A stretch of DNA of 63,724 nucleotides, counting the filler, from Welwitschia mirabilis (lineage: Eukaryota), in the NCBI GenBank assembly GCA_051453625.1. It is 4 parts of one record of this genome, joined end to end, with 100 filler letters (N's around TTAATTAATTAA, not from the genome) between each part and the next. Parts side by side here need not be neighbours in the genome. Positions count along the whole stretch, not along the records: positions 25,790 to 39,628 come from JBOZIK010000001.1; positions 39,729 to 63,724 come from JBOZIK010000001.1; 2 more parts are not named here. The stretch is one strand, 5' to 3'. A program made the translations under genes and the position numbers. Shown here piece after piece: positions 27,935-42,338 of this stretch; the stretch's first letter is position 1; every line of letters starts with the position of its first letter. Below the pieces are notes generated by a model that worked only from the letters and a program-made list of their open reading frames with translations, did not search any database and was not told the DNA's origin.

Positions 27935-29965
27935 TTTTAGGTTTCTTAAGTTTAGATATGTAAAAATCTCTCAAAGACTAACCTATTATCTGATACTAAA
28001 TGATAAGATCGAAAATCCTAAAGCGGGAGGGGTGAATAAGTTCTCTTCAAAAACTTTAAGCTCAAAACAACTTAATAAAATCTAATCACAGATTTCTTAT
28101 AAACAAATAGTAAAATCAAGACCATGGATACAAAGAATGAGTATAAAAAAAATAAAATGTAAACCATAAAATAGAAACTATCAGTTTAGATGTACGTAGG
28201 ATTTATAGTGGTTCGAGAACTCCACTACTCCACTCTCGACAATCAGCTTTTTCCAAGCTTGATCTCTGATCTTTGTTACTTCATAGGTTTTATTAGGCTC
28301 ACCTATTAATCCTTATAAGAATAGTTTTACAGGCTAAGTCTCAACCTTAATAACAGACGTTTTTAGGCTAAGTCTCAACATTTGACAACGGACTTTTATA
28401 GGCTAAGTCTCAACCTTTGAAGACAAATAGAAGTAATGAAATAAAGCCTTTATAGCTCTGATCTCACTTATTCAGTATCAGTACATAGAATGAATCTCTT
28501 ATCCAAATGAATACAGTGATGAAGTCCTTAGATCTGATTTTGAGTGACGTCCTAATCCAAGAATAGATCTCCTCAATTAGATATAAATCAATACAAAAGA
28601 TATTCCAATAAAATATACTACTTGATCTTTTGAATTCACAATGAATATACTAGTTTTGAAAATCTGCCAAAAAGATCTTTAGGTCATTCTTTGCCTAGGT
28701 ATTTATAATGGAGGGTTACTAGGATTTGATACGATTAAATTGCACCTTCAATGGCTATAAACAGCTAGAAAATGGCTAGGTAATGGCTAGGTAATAGATA
28801 CATAACATCTACAAGATTTACTTTTCTATACTGTTCTGTCGATCTCACAAATATCCAGTTGACCCCATCAGAACTTAGTCGACCCCATCCTGGGTCCAGT
28901 TGATCCCTTGTCTCTCAGTTTGGGACTATGAACTTTGTCAGCTTCTCAGGTTTGATTGATCCCTTTCCTTTCGGTCTGGGACTTGCCTGTCAGCTCCTCA
29001 AATCTAGTCGACTCCACAAATATCTGATCGACCCCATTCCTCTTGATCTGGGACTATTAGTTCTTGAGATCACAGGTCCGGTTGACCCCTTCATAATATG
29101 GTCAACCCCTCTAGGTTCAGTTCATTTTTGTTATCTTCTTTAGATGCGGTCGATACCTCTAGGATCCCACTAGAAGTAAACATAATTAAGTAGTTTCTTT
29201 CATGTATTTTAGTTTACATCTTTCACTTGTATAACTCAAACTCATCTACACACAATATCTAATAAATTTACACTATACTAAAGGAATTAGTTTGATATCA
29301 ATTGGTAAATATAATCTAATAATCTTCCCCTTTAACATTGATGGTAAATAATTTAGTGATTTCAAAGATTTAAATAATTTAAACTCATTTACTAAATGTT
29401 TTTAAGAACACATTAAAAAGTCAAAAAGCTCCCCTTTATATCAAGACATACACATATGTAAGAAAAAGGTAAGATAGGTAATATTTTTTCCTCCTTTAAC
29501 TAGATAGCATAAGATCTTCAAAAATTACAATAAAAAGAGAATATTGAATTGAATATTGAATTGAAAGAACTACATATTCTCTTTCCCTTTGACATCAATG
29601 GTAAATAATAATCACATTTAGGCACTTTGAAACATATTCTTCTCCTATGTTTTTACCAAATGATAAATAATGATAATCCAAAAATTTTTAAAACATATCG
29701 AGGCATTTTTAATAGACAAATTGTGCTTTTAAATGAGACAATCTTGAATATGCACAAATTCTACCAAGATTACTGATCAAAACAACACTTATGAATTACA
29801 TATTTAAATGATATCATTTGAGAACAAACTATAATACCAAATGATAATGTAAAATATGATAAAAAAATTTTAACTTATTTTTTCTTGAGATGATAATTTT
29901 AATTTTGTTCCAAAGAATATAGCACTCAAGAATATCAAAATAATGCAAGGATTAAGCTCAAACAT
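25790..29965 (-). mobile_element. SIRE-1 tandem: 3' multi-PPT region of one unit, shared LTR (28001-29321), PBS, then gag-PR of a pol-less unit
   Basis: PPT AAAGGGGAAGAT abuts LTR start 29321; LTR end ...GATCTTATCA at 28001 is followed by PBS TTTAGTATCAGATA; gag starts at 27934. Confidence 0.85.
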
Positions 29966-30228
29966 NNNNNNNNNNNNNNNNNNNNNNNNNNNNNNNNNNN
30001 NNNNNNNNNNNNNNNNNNNNNNNNNNNNNNNNNNNNNNNNNNNNNNNNNNNNNNNNNNNNNNNNNNNNNNNNNNNNNNNNNNNNNNNNNNNNNNNNNNNN
30101 NNNNNNNNNNNNNNNNNNNNNNNNNNNNNNNNNNNNNNNNNNNNNNNNNNNNNNNNNNNNNNNNNNNNNNNNNNNNNNNNNNNNNNNNNNNNNNNNNNNN
30201 NNNNNNNNNNNNNNNNNNNNNNNNNNNN

Positions 30229-33200
30229 ATCTAAAAGTAAAAAAGGACATAGAATATTTAATAAGGACAATAGAAGATAAAAAAGTATTATTACCTCTTT
30301 TAAAGTTATTGAAAGACATGTCTAGGTATTAGAAACAAATGAAGATTATGTATTCAAAAAAAAAGAGTAAAAAGAAAAAATGAATTGAAATGGTAAGGGA
30401 GGATCAAGTTTCTTGGTCTTCCACACAAGTTCTTTAAAATAAAAAATAGTACATTGATTCTAGAACACCTATGATAGATGTAAAAAGTGATGGAAAACTC
30501 AAAGTAGAAGCACTTGTGGATCTTGAGTAAGTATTAATGTTATAACCTATGAAACTTATGAAGAATTAGAAAAAACCAAAGTTAATATCTCATCAAAAAA
30601 AGTGTACTTAGCACATGGCTTAGAAGTAACACCTAAAGGAGTTCTAAAGGATGTATCCATTAAACTTTAATGTTTCATCTACTTGATAGATTTATTAGTA
30701 ATGAAGACTCAAGGAGATACACATGCACTGATTTTAACTATTTATTTTAGAAGAGGAGTAATGAAAATCAGTGTAGTAGATCTTAAAAAAGATATTAAAC
30801 TTTTGATGTAGCATTCATTATAAAAATGTTATAGAACACAGAAGTAAGAACCAATGTAATTCTAACATAGGAAGTTATAAATAAATGAAATGAATAGAAT
30901 TCTAAGGAGGAAGATTTGACAACTTAAGAAATACAAAATCCACTATTTAAGAAAGGATTAGAATATATCAAAGTAGCTCCTAATAGACCTCTAATCATAA
31001 ATAGTTATTTAACTCATTCTCGAAAAAAGAAAACTTAAGAGGATGTTGATTAAAAAAATAGGAGACTTTGCTTGGGATCATATAGATATTAAAGAAATAG
31101 ATCCAAAAATATAATAACATAAAACCTATTTAGATATTTCTATCAAATCAAGCCAATAACCAGAAAGAAGATGTAACCCATACATGTAGGAAATAATTAA
31201 ATAAAATATTTTCACATTCTTGAATGTAGGATTCATCTATTCTATATATGATTTAGAATGGATTAATTTTAGAATGGTTTTACCAAAGAAAGAAAATAAA
31301 TGGAGAGTGTTTATAGACTTTAGAATGTTAAATACTGCAACTTATAAAGATCATATTCCTCTTTAATTTATAAACCAACTTCTAGAAAGATTATCTGAAC
31401 ATCAATACTATAAATTTCTAGATGGATATAGTGGCTATAACAAAGTTCCTATAGCTTTAGAGAATTAAGTCAAAACAACTTTCACTCATCATTGGGGTAT
31501 GTATGCTTATAAAGTACTACCATTTGGATTATATAATGTTTCCAATACTTTTCAAAGGTTAGTAAATAGCATTTTTCAAGATATTATAGGAAGATCAGTT
31601 GAAGTATTTATGGATGATTTCTCAATTCTCGGAAATGACTTTAAAGAATTACTTGACAGACTAGAAAGATTTTTAAAGAGATGTGAAGAAAACCACCTTA
31701 GACTTAGTTAGTCAAAAGTCATTTTATGGTGGTAGAAGGCATAATACTAGGACAAAATAATTCTTAAAAAGGGATTAAAACTAATGAATACAAAATTAAA
31801 GCTATAAAAGACATTCTAACATCAACAAAATTGAAAAAATTAAGATCTTTCCTGAGACATGTTAGATATTATAAATGATTCATATCCAACTTTAGTAAAG
31901 TTGCTAAATATTTGAGTAACCTCTTATGAAAGGAGGTAGAATATGAATGAAGTGATGAATGTCAAAATGCTTACCAAACCTTAAATGATAAACTTTTATT
32001 ACCACTTATTTTATAAGGGTCAATTTATGCAAGAACATTTCAAATTATAAATGATGCATCTAATCATGCTATGAGAGTAGTTTTAGAATAAAAAGATGAA
32101 GATAATAAAGCTTGTGCCATTAATTATATTAGCAAGAACTTCAAACTAGCTCAAAAAAATTACATAATAACAGAAAACTGTTTGTTGATAGTGGTAATGG
32201 CATTAGAAAAATTCAAATATTATATTTGAAATTATGAAGTAAAAGTTCATACTGATAATAGTACCATTAGATTTCTAATGAATAATAAATAAGCAAACTC
32301 AAGAATTATGGATGGATATTATTAATGCAATAGTATAATTTAAAAACTATAGATAGGAAAGGGATAGAAAACGTGGTACAGATCACATCTAAAGGTTATA
32401 ATTTTTAAATGAAAAATAGATCAACATAAGAGATGAGTTCTCAGATGAACATATTTTTTAGGTAATAAAAAATCCATGATATACTAATATAGCTAACTTT
32501 TTCATGAGGAAAAAGTTACCATATTTTATAACTTACTATGAAATAAAAATATTGCCAAGAAAATCTAGAGATTATATTTGATGTGATAAGATATTATTTA
32601 GAGAATATAAAAATCATGTTATGAGCATATGTATAGAAGAAAACCTATAAAATAAAATATTAAGGAAAGCTCATAAAGGAGAAGGAGGAGGACATTATGA
32701 TGTAAAAGGATAGAAATAAAAAATCTGCATATGGGATACTATTAGCCTACTATATTAAAGGATTCAAACATTCATATCAAGGTTGTGATAAATGTTAAAA
32801 ATAAGGTAAATTTAGCCAAAAGTTAGAAATGCCATAATAATGGATTTAGATAATAAAAACTTTTGCTGTATGGGAAATAGATTTTATTAAGCCTATAAAT
32901 CCTTCATTTTTTAGAAAAAGATATATTTTGGTCTATGTTGATTACTTCACTAAATGGGCTAAGGCTAAGGCTGGGACTAATTATTCTTCCCAAACTATAG
33001 TTAACCTTTTTCTTAAAAATATTATCTATCAGTTTGAATCCTCTTGTAGTCTTATATCTAATAGAGGAATCCATTTCACTAGTGAATACAACTTTTGACC
33101 AAGTTTGAAATCCATTACAAACTCTCTACAACCTATTATCCTCTATCTAATGATTAAGATAAAGTAACTAATAGAGAACTAAATAGAATATTAACCAAAG

Positions 33201-36200
33201 TTATAGATAGTAAGGAAACGTATTGGGTTAAAATTAAATAACACTCTATGGACTTATAGAATAACTTAAAAATATATTATAGGATTTAATCCATANNNNN
33301 NNNNNNNNNNNNNNNNNNNNNNNNNNNNNNNNNNNNNNNNNNNNNNNNNNNNNNNNNNNNNNNNNNNNNNNNNNNNNNNNNNNNNNNNNNNNNNNGAAAC
33401 CTATTGGGTTAAAATTAAATAATACTCTATGGACTTATAGAATAACTTAAAAATATATTATAGGATTTACTCCATATGAATTAGTCTATAAAAAATGGGT
33501 GATTTTGCCAATTGAATTTAGAATAAAAACATTTAAATTAGCTAATGAATTAAAATATGACTTAGATACATCTTAAAAAGAGTGGATAGAAAACATAAAA
33601 ATTTTAGATGAAAAAAGAGAAGAAGCTCTTTTATGTAAAGAACTTATACAACAAAATATATATATATCATGATAATAAAATCAAGGAAACAAATTTTAAT
33701 GTGAAGGATTCTGTATTAATTTATGACCCTAATAAAATCCATTTAAAATAAAAATATGAACTAAAATGAATAGAACCCTATACCATAACTAAAATTTTAG
33801 GTAATGGATCTATAGAAATATATGATCCTGATGAAAAAATAACTACCAAGTTAATGGGCAAAGAGCAAAAATGTACTATGTTTATAAGTTAATGCTAAAG
33901 TATTTAGGAAACCCTAATAGGATGAAAAAAATACTTCCACTTTGCCTCTAAAATAAATTCCAAAATTAAATAATAAAAAATTTATTATTTCTTTAAAATT
34001 TATTTAGTCTACCAATTTACTAGATTGTTTAAAGTAAATGTTATGGTTATAAACCAAGAAGCTAATTTGGTAAGTCTTCAATAAGGAACTATGCATTATA
34101 TTTTTTAAGAAGATTGAGGAGACATGTTCCATAATTAAAAAAATACCTTTTGAATTAAAAAAAAAAAGAAAGAGAGAGAGAGAGAAATAATAGAAAGAGA
34201 GAAAGTACCAAAATTTCTACCATAAGTTTACTAGGACAAATATTCTTAAGAGGGGTCTTTGATAGTGCAATATGATAGCTATGAGAACTCCACTAAGGAG
34301 TCAGTTGGTTATAATTTAGATATATGACAGAAAAAAAAATCTTATGGGTCTTTAATTCTTTGACAATGGTTTCACTCTCCTCATTATCATTAACTTAAGT
34401 TATGAAAAATAAAAAAGTTAAGAAACAGTTATATCCTAGGATTTATCTGAGACATAGCTAGTTACTAAAACTCTATCATAACTTAATCAAAAAAAAAGAA
34501 GGATTAAGAGAGGAAAAAAATAAAAGAAAAATATTCTAGTTTATGATGGAATGTGTATCCAAATATTTTCAATACAATAGTATGTACAATCATTAAATTT
34601 TGTTTGAGCTAAGGGAAAGCTTCAAAGTTTTACAATCATTTTACATTATCTTAATAATTTAATAAATTGTCTAGTTTGAATTTTATTTAATAAAATTGAT
34701 GTACCCATGATAAAATAAAATAGTATAAGAAACTTTATTTGAAATAAAAATAAAAATTTTATTAAGTAAAAATTTTATTACATTTAATTGTAGAATAATA
34801 GCACTTCTCAAATCACTAAGCAAGTAAATTGTAAACTTAAGAAACTAAATTTTTATAATGACCAGAAGACTTGTTTCTCTTGTGAGAATGCCTAGTCTTA
34901 GATGTCGACCCTATAAATTTCTTACCTAGGGGAAATTAATGCATGTCACCTAGAGATTCTAACAACATATTAATCTCCTCTAAGTGGGCTTACCAAAAGT
35001 TTTAATAAGGTTTAGCATTCCATATTATCTTCTCTATATTTTCTTTATCAAAACTTAATACCGTAAGCTTAAGAATAGAGTTTGTGTGTTAAATTTGATT
35101 AATCCTTTTCTATAGTAGCTACATTTTCCTAGCTAGCAGACCCAAACCAAAAGCTTAAGCCAAATCCCCATAATTAAGTTGTCAACATAGTTCCTTNNNN
35201 NNNNNNNNNNNNNNNNNNNNNNNNNNNNNNNNNNNNNNNNNNNNNNNNNNNNNNNNNNNNNNNNNNNNNNNNNNNNNNNNNNNNNNNNNNNNNNNNNNNN
35301 NNNNNNNNNNNNNNNNNNNNNNNNNNNNNNNNNNNNNNNNNNNNNNNNNNNNNNNNNNNNNNNNNNNNNNNNNNNNNNNNNNNNNNNNNNNNNNNNNNNN
35401 NNNNNNNNNNNNNNNNNNNNNNNNNNNNNNNNNNNNNNNNNNNNNNNNNNNNNNNNNNNNNNNNNNNNNNNNNNNNNNNNNNNNNNNNNNNNNNNNNNNN
35501 NNNNNNNNNNNNNNNNNNNNNNNNNNNNNNNNNNNNNNNNNNNNNNNNNNNNNNNNNNNNNNNNNNNNNNNNNNNNNNNNNNNNNNNNNNNNNNNNNNNN
35601 NNNNNNNNNNNNNNNNNNNNNNNNNNNNNNNNNNNNNNNNNNNNNNNNNNNNNNNNNNNNNNNNNNNNNNNNNNNNNNNNNNNNNNNNNNNNNNNNNNNN
35701 NNNNNNNNNNNNNNNNNNNNNNNNNNNNNNNNNNNNNNNNNNNNNNNNNNNNNNNNNNNNNNNNNNNNNNNNNNNNNNNNNNNNNNNNNNNNNNNNNNNN
35801 NNNNNNNNNNNNNNNNNNNNNNNNNNNNNNNNNNNNNNNNNNNNNNNNNNNNNNNNNNNNNNNNNNNNNNNNNNNNNNNNNNNNNNNNNNNNNNNNNNNN
35901 NNNNNNNNNNNNNNNNNNNNNNNNNNNNNNNNNNNNNNNNNNNNNNNNNNNNNNNNNNNNNNNNNNNNNNNNNNNNNNNNNNNNNNNNNNNNNNNNNNNN
36001 NNNNNNNNNNNNNNNNNNNNNNNNNNNNNNNNNNNNNNNNNNNNNNNNNNNNNNNNNNNNNNNNNNNNNNNNNNNNNNNNNNNNNNNNNNNNNNNNNNNN
36101 NNNNNNNNNNNNNNNNNTCTATAGTAGCTACATTTACCTAGCTAGTAGACCCAAACAAAAATCTCAAGCCAAATTCCCATAATTAAGTTATCAACATAGT

Positions 36201-39200
36201 TCCTTGATTCTCATCCTCAAATACTCAAGCACCAAGTGATGGATCATGGGACTAAGACTTGGGGGAATACTACCACTTTCAAAATAGTCTTTATTAGCCT
36301 TAGTGATAAAGGGATTTAAGGTATCTAAGACCTTAATTGTGGATTTGTAATCATAGTAAGAATACTTTGTACCACATTTTTAGACCTAACATAGACTTAA
36401 GGTGACTAGGAATCTATACTACTAATGCATATATTTATCTATGTAGAATCCAAGTTTAACAAATAATGCTTTACCTTCTTAACACCAGAGGCAATAATGA
36501 GAGAAGAAGAAGGAGTACATGTCACAAGGATTAATGAATAAAAGATGAGAAAGAGTGAAAAATGATTAAGTGAAGAAATTCTTAAGCTTAGATGAAGAGT
36601 GATGAATGATTAGCATGTAAATAATAAGATCTATAGCACAAGTTTTATTATCATGCTTGATAAGTGTAATTTATATTAAGTTATCTACTGCACATGTGTA
36701 AGTATTTAAGTAAAGAATTAAGTAAAAGAAGTATACCTATTTTACTAATAGTTGAAGTGTGCCAAGTATTAGCATAAATATTAAAGCAAGTTTGAAGTCA
36801 AAGGATACCAACCTGATCAAGATTTAACCTAAATTCATAACTTCAGATTAATTTATGATTTGTTTAGATTTCCCAAACTGCATACTATTATAGGAGCCCA
36901 TTGAATTTTGAAATCATAAGCTATAGTACCAGGTAATTATCAAAAACCCTAAAAACACTTTTGAGAAAAAAACAAAAATTCTTTTTAAGCTATATCTAAT
37001 AACTTATAGAAGATTTTCTTTTATTTTGTTTTAAGGAAGAATAAGAAATAAAAGTTACTAATGTTTCTTTTCTAACATAAAATGGTCCTTGAAGTTAAAA
37101 AGATCACTTGGTTAATTGATACTAACACCAAAGCTAAAACTCTAAGTTAAATTTTAGATCAAAACATTGTGAAGAGAACTTGAATCTTTTGGCTAATAAA
37201 ACTCAAAGTCAAAACTTTGAACTAGATCTTAAGCTAAATTATTCATCTTATAGTGCTTTGAAACTTGCAATTAAATAACATCTTATCATTAATTGATATC
37301 AACTTGAATTTAAAACTTTAAGTTGGATTTCAAGCCAATCCAATGACTTCTTCACTCTACACAGAAGAAAGAAAATTGCTTGGTCAACTGACCAACCCAA
37401 AGTTAGAACTTTGAATTGGATTTTAAGCTATATCATGAGTAAGCAAGTCCTAAAAGTTAACTAATATCAGATCAAAGATGAAGATTTAGATTAAATTTTA
37501 AGTCAAGTTTTTCTTTTAAAATTACTTTTAAAAGAGGAAGGTTTCATTCTTAATGCCCCCACATATTACCACTATAACTCTGTCATAAGAATTTTTTTTA
37601 ATTATTAATTAATTTTATAATGCTGATGTTTATAATTCAAAGGATGTTGTTGAGAATTCTTGAGTTCTTAGTGACCATCTTTGAATTCTTTCAAGTTCCT
37701 CCATGGATTTGATGGGCCTTATCAAGAACTCGAGAGTTCTTAATAACCCTCATTAAGCCTAGTTTGTAGAAAGTAATTATCACTTAAATACATCTTTCCA
37801 TTACCTCATCATTCCACGTAAACTCATTCTTTATGACCTCTCTTTATTATTGATGATCCCCACTGCAATATCAGTTCCACATTATCCGAACCATATCAGC
37901 ATCTATGATATTAACTCTAACTCAGTAAATTTTTTGAATTTATACCTTATCAATATCTAATTCAGATTTTTTATTAGCACTAACAGAGTATGAAAAAGCT
38001 TTAGTCCCATCTATTTGAGTTTCAGTTCATGATCAAGTTTACTCCGTAATAATGTGAAACTAATGCAATTGCAAGTATAATTCTTTGCCTATATTAAGTA
38101 GGAATCAGGTCTATCACTTTAACATTTTGTATCCTCTTGTGTTTTCATGCTCTATCATGTTTTACAATGCTTTTAAATTTATGGCAAGTTAGCTTCATGT
38201 AAAGTTTTAAGACAGACTCTAGCATTTGGTATTAAAACTTGTAGAAAGAGGACCAGGATATCAGAAAGAAGGAAATCAAAGAGAGCTTCTAATAAGAAGA
38301 GTGATTATAATAATGCATTCAATTGCCTTTATTAAGAACTCTCTAGTTCTGAATGATTCTCATTAAGCCCTCTTCATAAGAAAAGTAACCATCCATATTA
38401 TAATGCTCTTATGAGTCTATAGTAAAAATGTTCTAAGCTAAGTTTTAAGCAAACAGATTATCTTGAAAAGTTGAATAAAACATCTGAGGAAATGGATCTC
38501 TAGTTAAGTCAAATGCAAATGATACTTTCTAGAGAGTAGAGTAATAAAGAGTTAAAGGAAGTTTTTAGTAGGAGAAAAGCTCCTAAAAGATAAAGAGATG
38601 AAAGCAATCAAAGTAAACAGGTTAGATTTTCAAAAATAATTTTCTCAATGATGAGTTCCTATACACAACTTCATGATTTTTGTGTAAGAGGTTCATGGTC
38701 TATAGAATATAAAGTTATTAACATAAGCTGGGAGAATCCTGAGCACATTTATGCAATTGTTAAGATTAAAAGGGCTAATTTTGAGTTTAAAAAGTAAGGG
38801 TAGTTGTAGAGCACTAAAATTACAACACATGAATATATGGCTTCTACTTTACTAAGCTTCTTGTACTGTGAATGTGCTAAGGGTGATCTATCCTTTAGGA
38901 ATTTGGTGTTTTAAGCATCCCTAACCTAAATCTCTATTTCTGTGTTTTGTATAAACTTTTTTTTTTTAAAGAACTAATAAAATATTTAGCTTAGGGGAAC
39001 TGATAAAGATAAATTTTAATGTAAATTATGCTTATTTATAAAATTTTTCTATTATTTTAATCATACAATTTAGATTTAATAAATATTTTTATTTGTCAGT
39101 ATAATTACTAATTAATACATTAGTTAGTATGTTAGTAGCTTAATATATATATTTTAATAATGCATTTCATGGACAAGATGCCATGTGACATAAAGATGGG

Positions 39201-39628
39201 AGAGAAGTTTGAGATGGTAAAGAAGCAATAACAAACCCCAACCATATACCCACATCTAAGAAGTAAAGAATGGAAACAAATGAAAATAAAGAAAAAAATA
39301 AGGGTATAAGAATAAGATCACCATTAAATGTGGGGATCTTTTTGGGAAAATGTTCTAGGAATAGATAATGGATGAAGACCATGAAATGGAGCTCCATCTA
39401 TCCTAAAAAGCGTGTAGTAGCATTTTCCTTATTCATAGTATTACCTACAAAGAAGAACACAAGCATTAGTGCATCTTTATATAGTAATTGGTATTTTAGT
39501 ATAAAGTTGAAAAGCATATTTGAGCATCATTGTATGCATACTTTATTACTTAAAAAAGTAATATTATCTCTATTTTCTCCTGTTTGTACAACTAAACATA
39601 AATATAAATAATTAACAATACTTAAAAA
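30229..39628 (+). mobile_element. Degenerate Athila-type Ty3/gypsy element (Athila-B): pol, long 3' region, PPT and start of 3' LTR at 39001
   Basis: PR (EALVDL...INVI), RT (WRVFIDFR, FLDGYSGYNKV, VFMDDFSI), RH, IN (YILVYVDYFTKW); PPT TTTAGCTTAGGGGAAC then TGATAAAGATAAATTTT. Confidence 0.82.
30450..33890 (+). pseudogene. pol: Athila-B pol (PR-RT-RH-IN), heavily disrupted
   Basis: ORF 31499-31711 MYAYKVLPFGLYNVSNTFQR...FMDDFS plus flanking motifs by hand translation. Confidence 0.9.
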
Positions 39629-39728
39629 NNNNNNNNNNNNNNNNNNNNNNNNNNNNNNNNNNNNNNNNNNNNTTAATTAATTAANNNNNNNNNNNNNNNN
39701 NNNNNNNNNNNNNNNNNNNNNNNNNNNN

Positions 39729-42338
39729 AAATAGTTGTATTAGTTGTTACCATTCAAGGTCTTCCTAGGATGATAGGGTGAGTATTTCCTTTTGTCTTTA
39801 TCATAATTAAATCCATTAGATATCTAAATCTTTGTAGTTCTATTAAATTATTTTCCATTATTTCCTTTAGCTTTACTGCAAATCCATCTACCATGTAAAC
39901 ATGTTAATTATATGGAGTTAACTAATGAATTCTAAATTATTCAAATATGTCATGAAAAATGAGATTAATACTCATCATTAAATCCACCAGAGCTTCCATT
40001 TTATAGGTATCTTTAATAATTATATCTACTACCAGTATTCTAGGGTTACTATACTTCTTAATTTTATTTTCTTATAAAGCTTGAGTAAAGACCTAAGATA
40101 CCTAGACTATTTTACTTAATTCTTTTACTAATTATTATTTATTAGTTTGCTCTTTATTTTTCTTACTCCCCTCTTTACTACAGATCTTTTTCATTTGCTT
40201 CCAGTACAAGGGGATATCTTTTAATAATTTTTCTAAGGTTAAGGTAATTGCAGTGTCTTTTATAGCCTTTTATAATATTTTACATCTTTTTCTTCCTTTC
40301 TTTGAAAAATTTTCTATTATCTTACTTGTCATTAAAAATGGCTTCTACCTGATCTAGTTTTAATAGTTTTACAACGAGCTTCTCTTGAATTTGGTTAAGA
40401 TTATATAGCTATAGAAGGTTCTTTAGGTTTTTCCTTTATTTACTTATTAAAGGTAAATATATTCTCCTTCTTAATTTTTCCAACTCTTAAAATAATCATA
40501 TCTCTTAGATTACATAAATCTCTATATTAGAGTTTATTTCTTACCTTTCCATTTTCTAGTTTGGTTAGGATATGGCTTCTTCTTAATTTAAGGAGTATCG
40601 TTGGATTATAATCAATTCTATTAATGTCTAGCAATTTTAAAAAACCTGCCATTAATGGACATTCTATAGGATGATGATTCTCATCATTACAATGTTCATA
40701 GGTTTCTACTACTTCTTCTTGTGTTAATCTATTAATCTCATCTATTAAAGTTCTACTCTTTTATTAGTTTCTTCTAACATGCTTGCATGCCTAGTCTCTA
40801 TTTCTTTTTTTACCAAAAATTTATTAACCTTCCTCTTCCCTTTCTATTTATTTTGAGTCCATCCCTGACTCATGCTATATAATTTTTCTATACTAGATTT
40901 TATCTCTTAGATGCTACCATTCTTGATGCTTCTCCATGAAGAATATCTAGCTTCTCTAAAGAATCACTTTTTAGACCTTCTAACAAGGATCTTATTTATT
41001 CTCTAAGAGTTATTGCATGGTTTGAACATCTCACCAGTAAAATCCAATATCTATTCATGAATTCAACAAATTTCTCATGTTCTTTCTATTGAACATTTAA
41101 AATTTAATCTTTCATTTCTTTAATGACTCATATATGTTAATATTTATTTAAAAATGTTGATCTTATACAGTTCGAAGATTTAAAAATATAGTTTGAAAAT
41201 ATATCAAACCATATCTAGGCATCTTCCTTTAAGAAAAAGGGAAATATCTTAAGAAATCTAAGTTGGTTTCTAAGTAGTTTTCGTTGCAAAAAGAATGAAA
41301 AAGACTCAAATGAACTATAGGTTCTTCATTTTTTCTACCTTTAAAAGTGAAGATGCTAGTATTATTTATTTTTCTTATTTTATGATGTGTTTTTAAGATT
41401 AAAGGATCTATAGGTTTATGTGTGTGAGATGTATAATAGTCAACACATAAAGGAGTAGAGTCAATTATTTCTTTTTCATTTCAATATAATCCTTCTGATT
41501 CTTGTATTTTTCCCCCTTCTTATTCNNNNNNNNNNNNNNNNNNNNNNNNNNNNNNNNNNNNNNNNNNNNNNNNNNNNNNNNNNNNNNNNNNNNNNNNNNN
41601 NNNNNNNNNNNNNNNNNNNNNNNNNTCAATATAATCCTTCTGATTCTTGTATTTTTCCCCCTTCTTATTCAAGTTTGTGTCAATATATCTATCTTATGTT
41701 GTAACTTTATTTGACCTTTTTTAAGTTTTTTCATATCTTTTATGAAGTTTTAAGGGTCAATTTTAATTATTTCTATATCATTTGATTACTTCATTTAATT
41801 TGTATTTCTCATGGTTCTTGATATATCATTTCTTTAATTGTCCTTGCTTATATTTTCTTAAAGAGACCTTTATTATTTCTAGNNNNNNNNNNNNNNNNNN
41901 NNNNNNNNNNNNNNNNNNNNNNNNNNNNNNNNNNNNNNNNNNNNNNNNNNNNNNNNNNNNNNNNNNNNNNNNNNNNNNNNNNATCCAATATCTATTCATG
42001 AATTCATCAAATTTCCCATGTTCTTTTTGTTGAACATTCAAAATTTAATCTCTCATTTCTTTAATGACTCATACATGTTGATATTTATTCAAATATTTTG
42101 ACCTTATAGAGTTCTAAGCTTTAAAAATATAGTTTAAAAATATATCAAACCATAGCTGGGCATCTTCCTTTAAGAAAAAAGGGAAATATGTTAAGAAATC
42201 TGAGCTGGTTTCTAAGTAGTTTCCCTTGCAAAAAGAATGAAAACGACTCAAATGAAGTATAGGTTCTTCATTTTTTCTACCTTCAAAAGTGAAAATGTTA
42301 GTATTATTTATTTTTCTTATGTTATGAAGAATTTCTAA
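39729..42338 (-). pseudogene. gag: Athila-like gag remnant (segment duplicated at 41983-42338)
   Basis: Minus strand KEHEKFVEFMNRYWILLVRCSNHAITLRE*IRSLLEGL; IFPFFLKEDA*IWF. Confidence 0.75.

Noticed and set aside
33825-33840. CTGATGA hammerhead-core words (also ~54177 and ~54908) suggesting a retrozyme
   Set aside because: Within coding remnants, with no flanking stems or matching GAAA core that I could find
38230-38800. Purine-rich ORF-like remnant in the Athila-B 3' region
   Set aside because: Too many stops and no recognisable motif; cannot be called env-like
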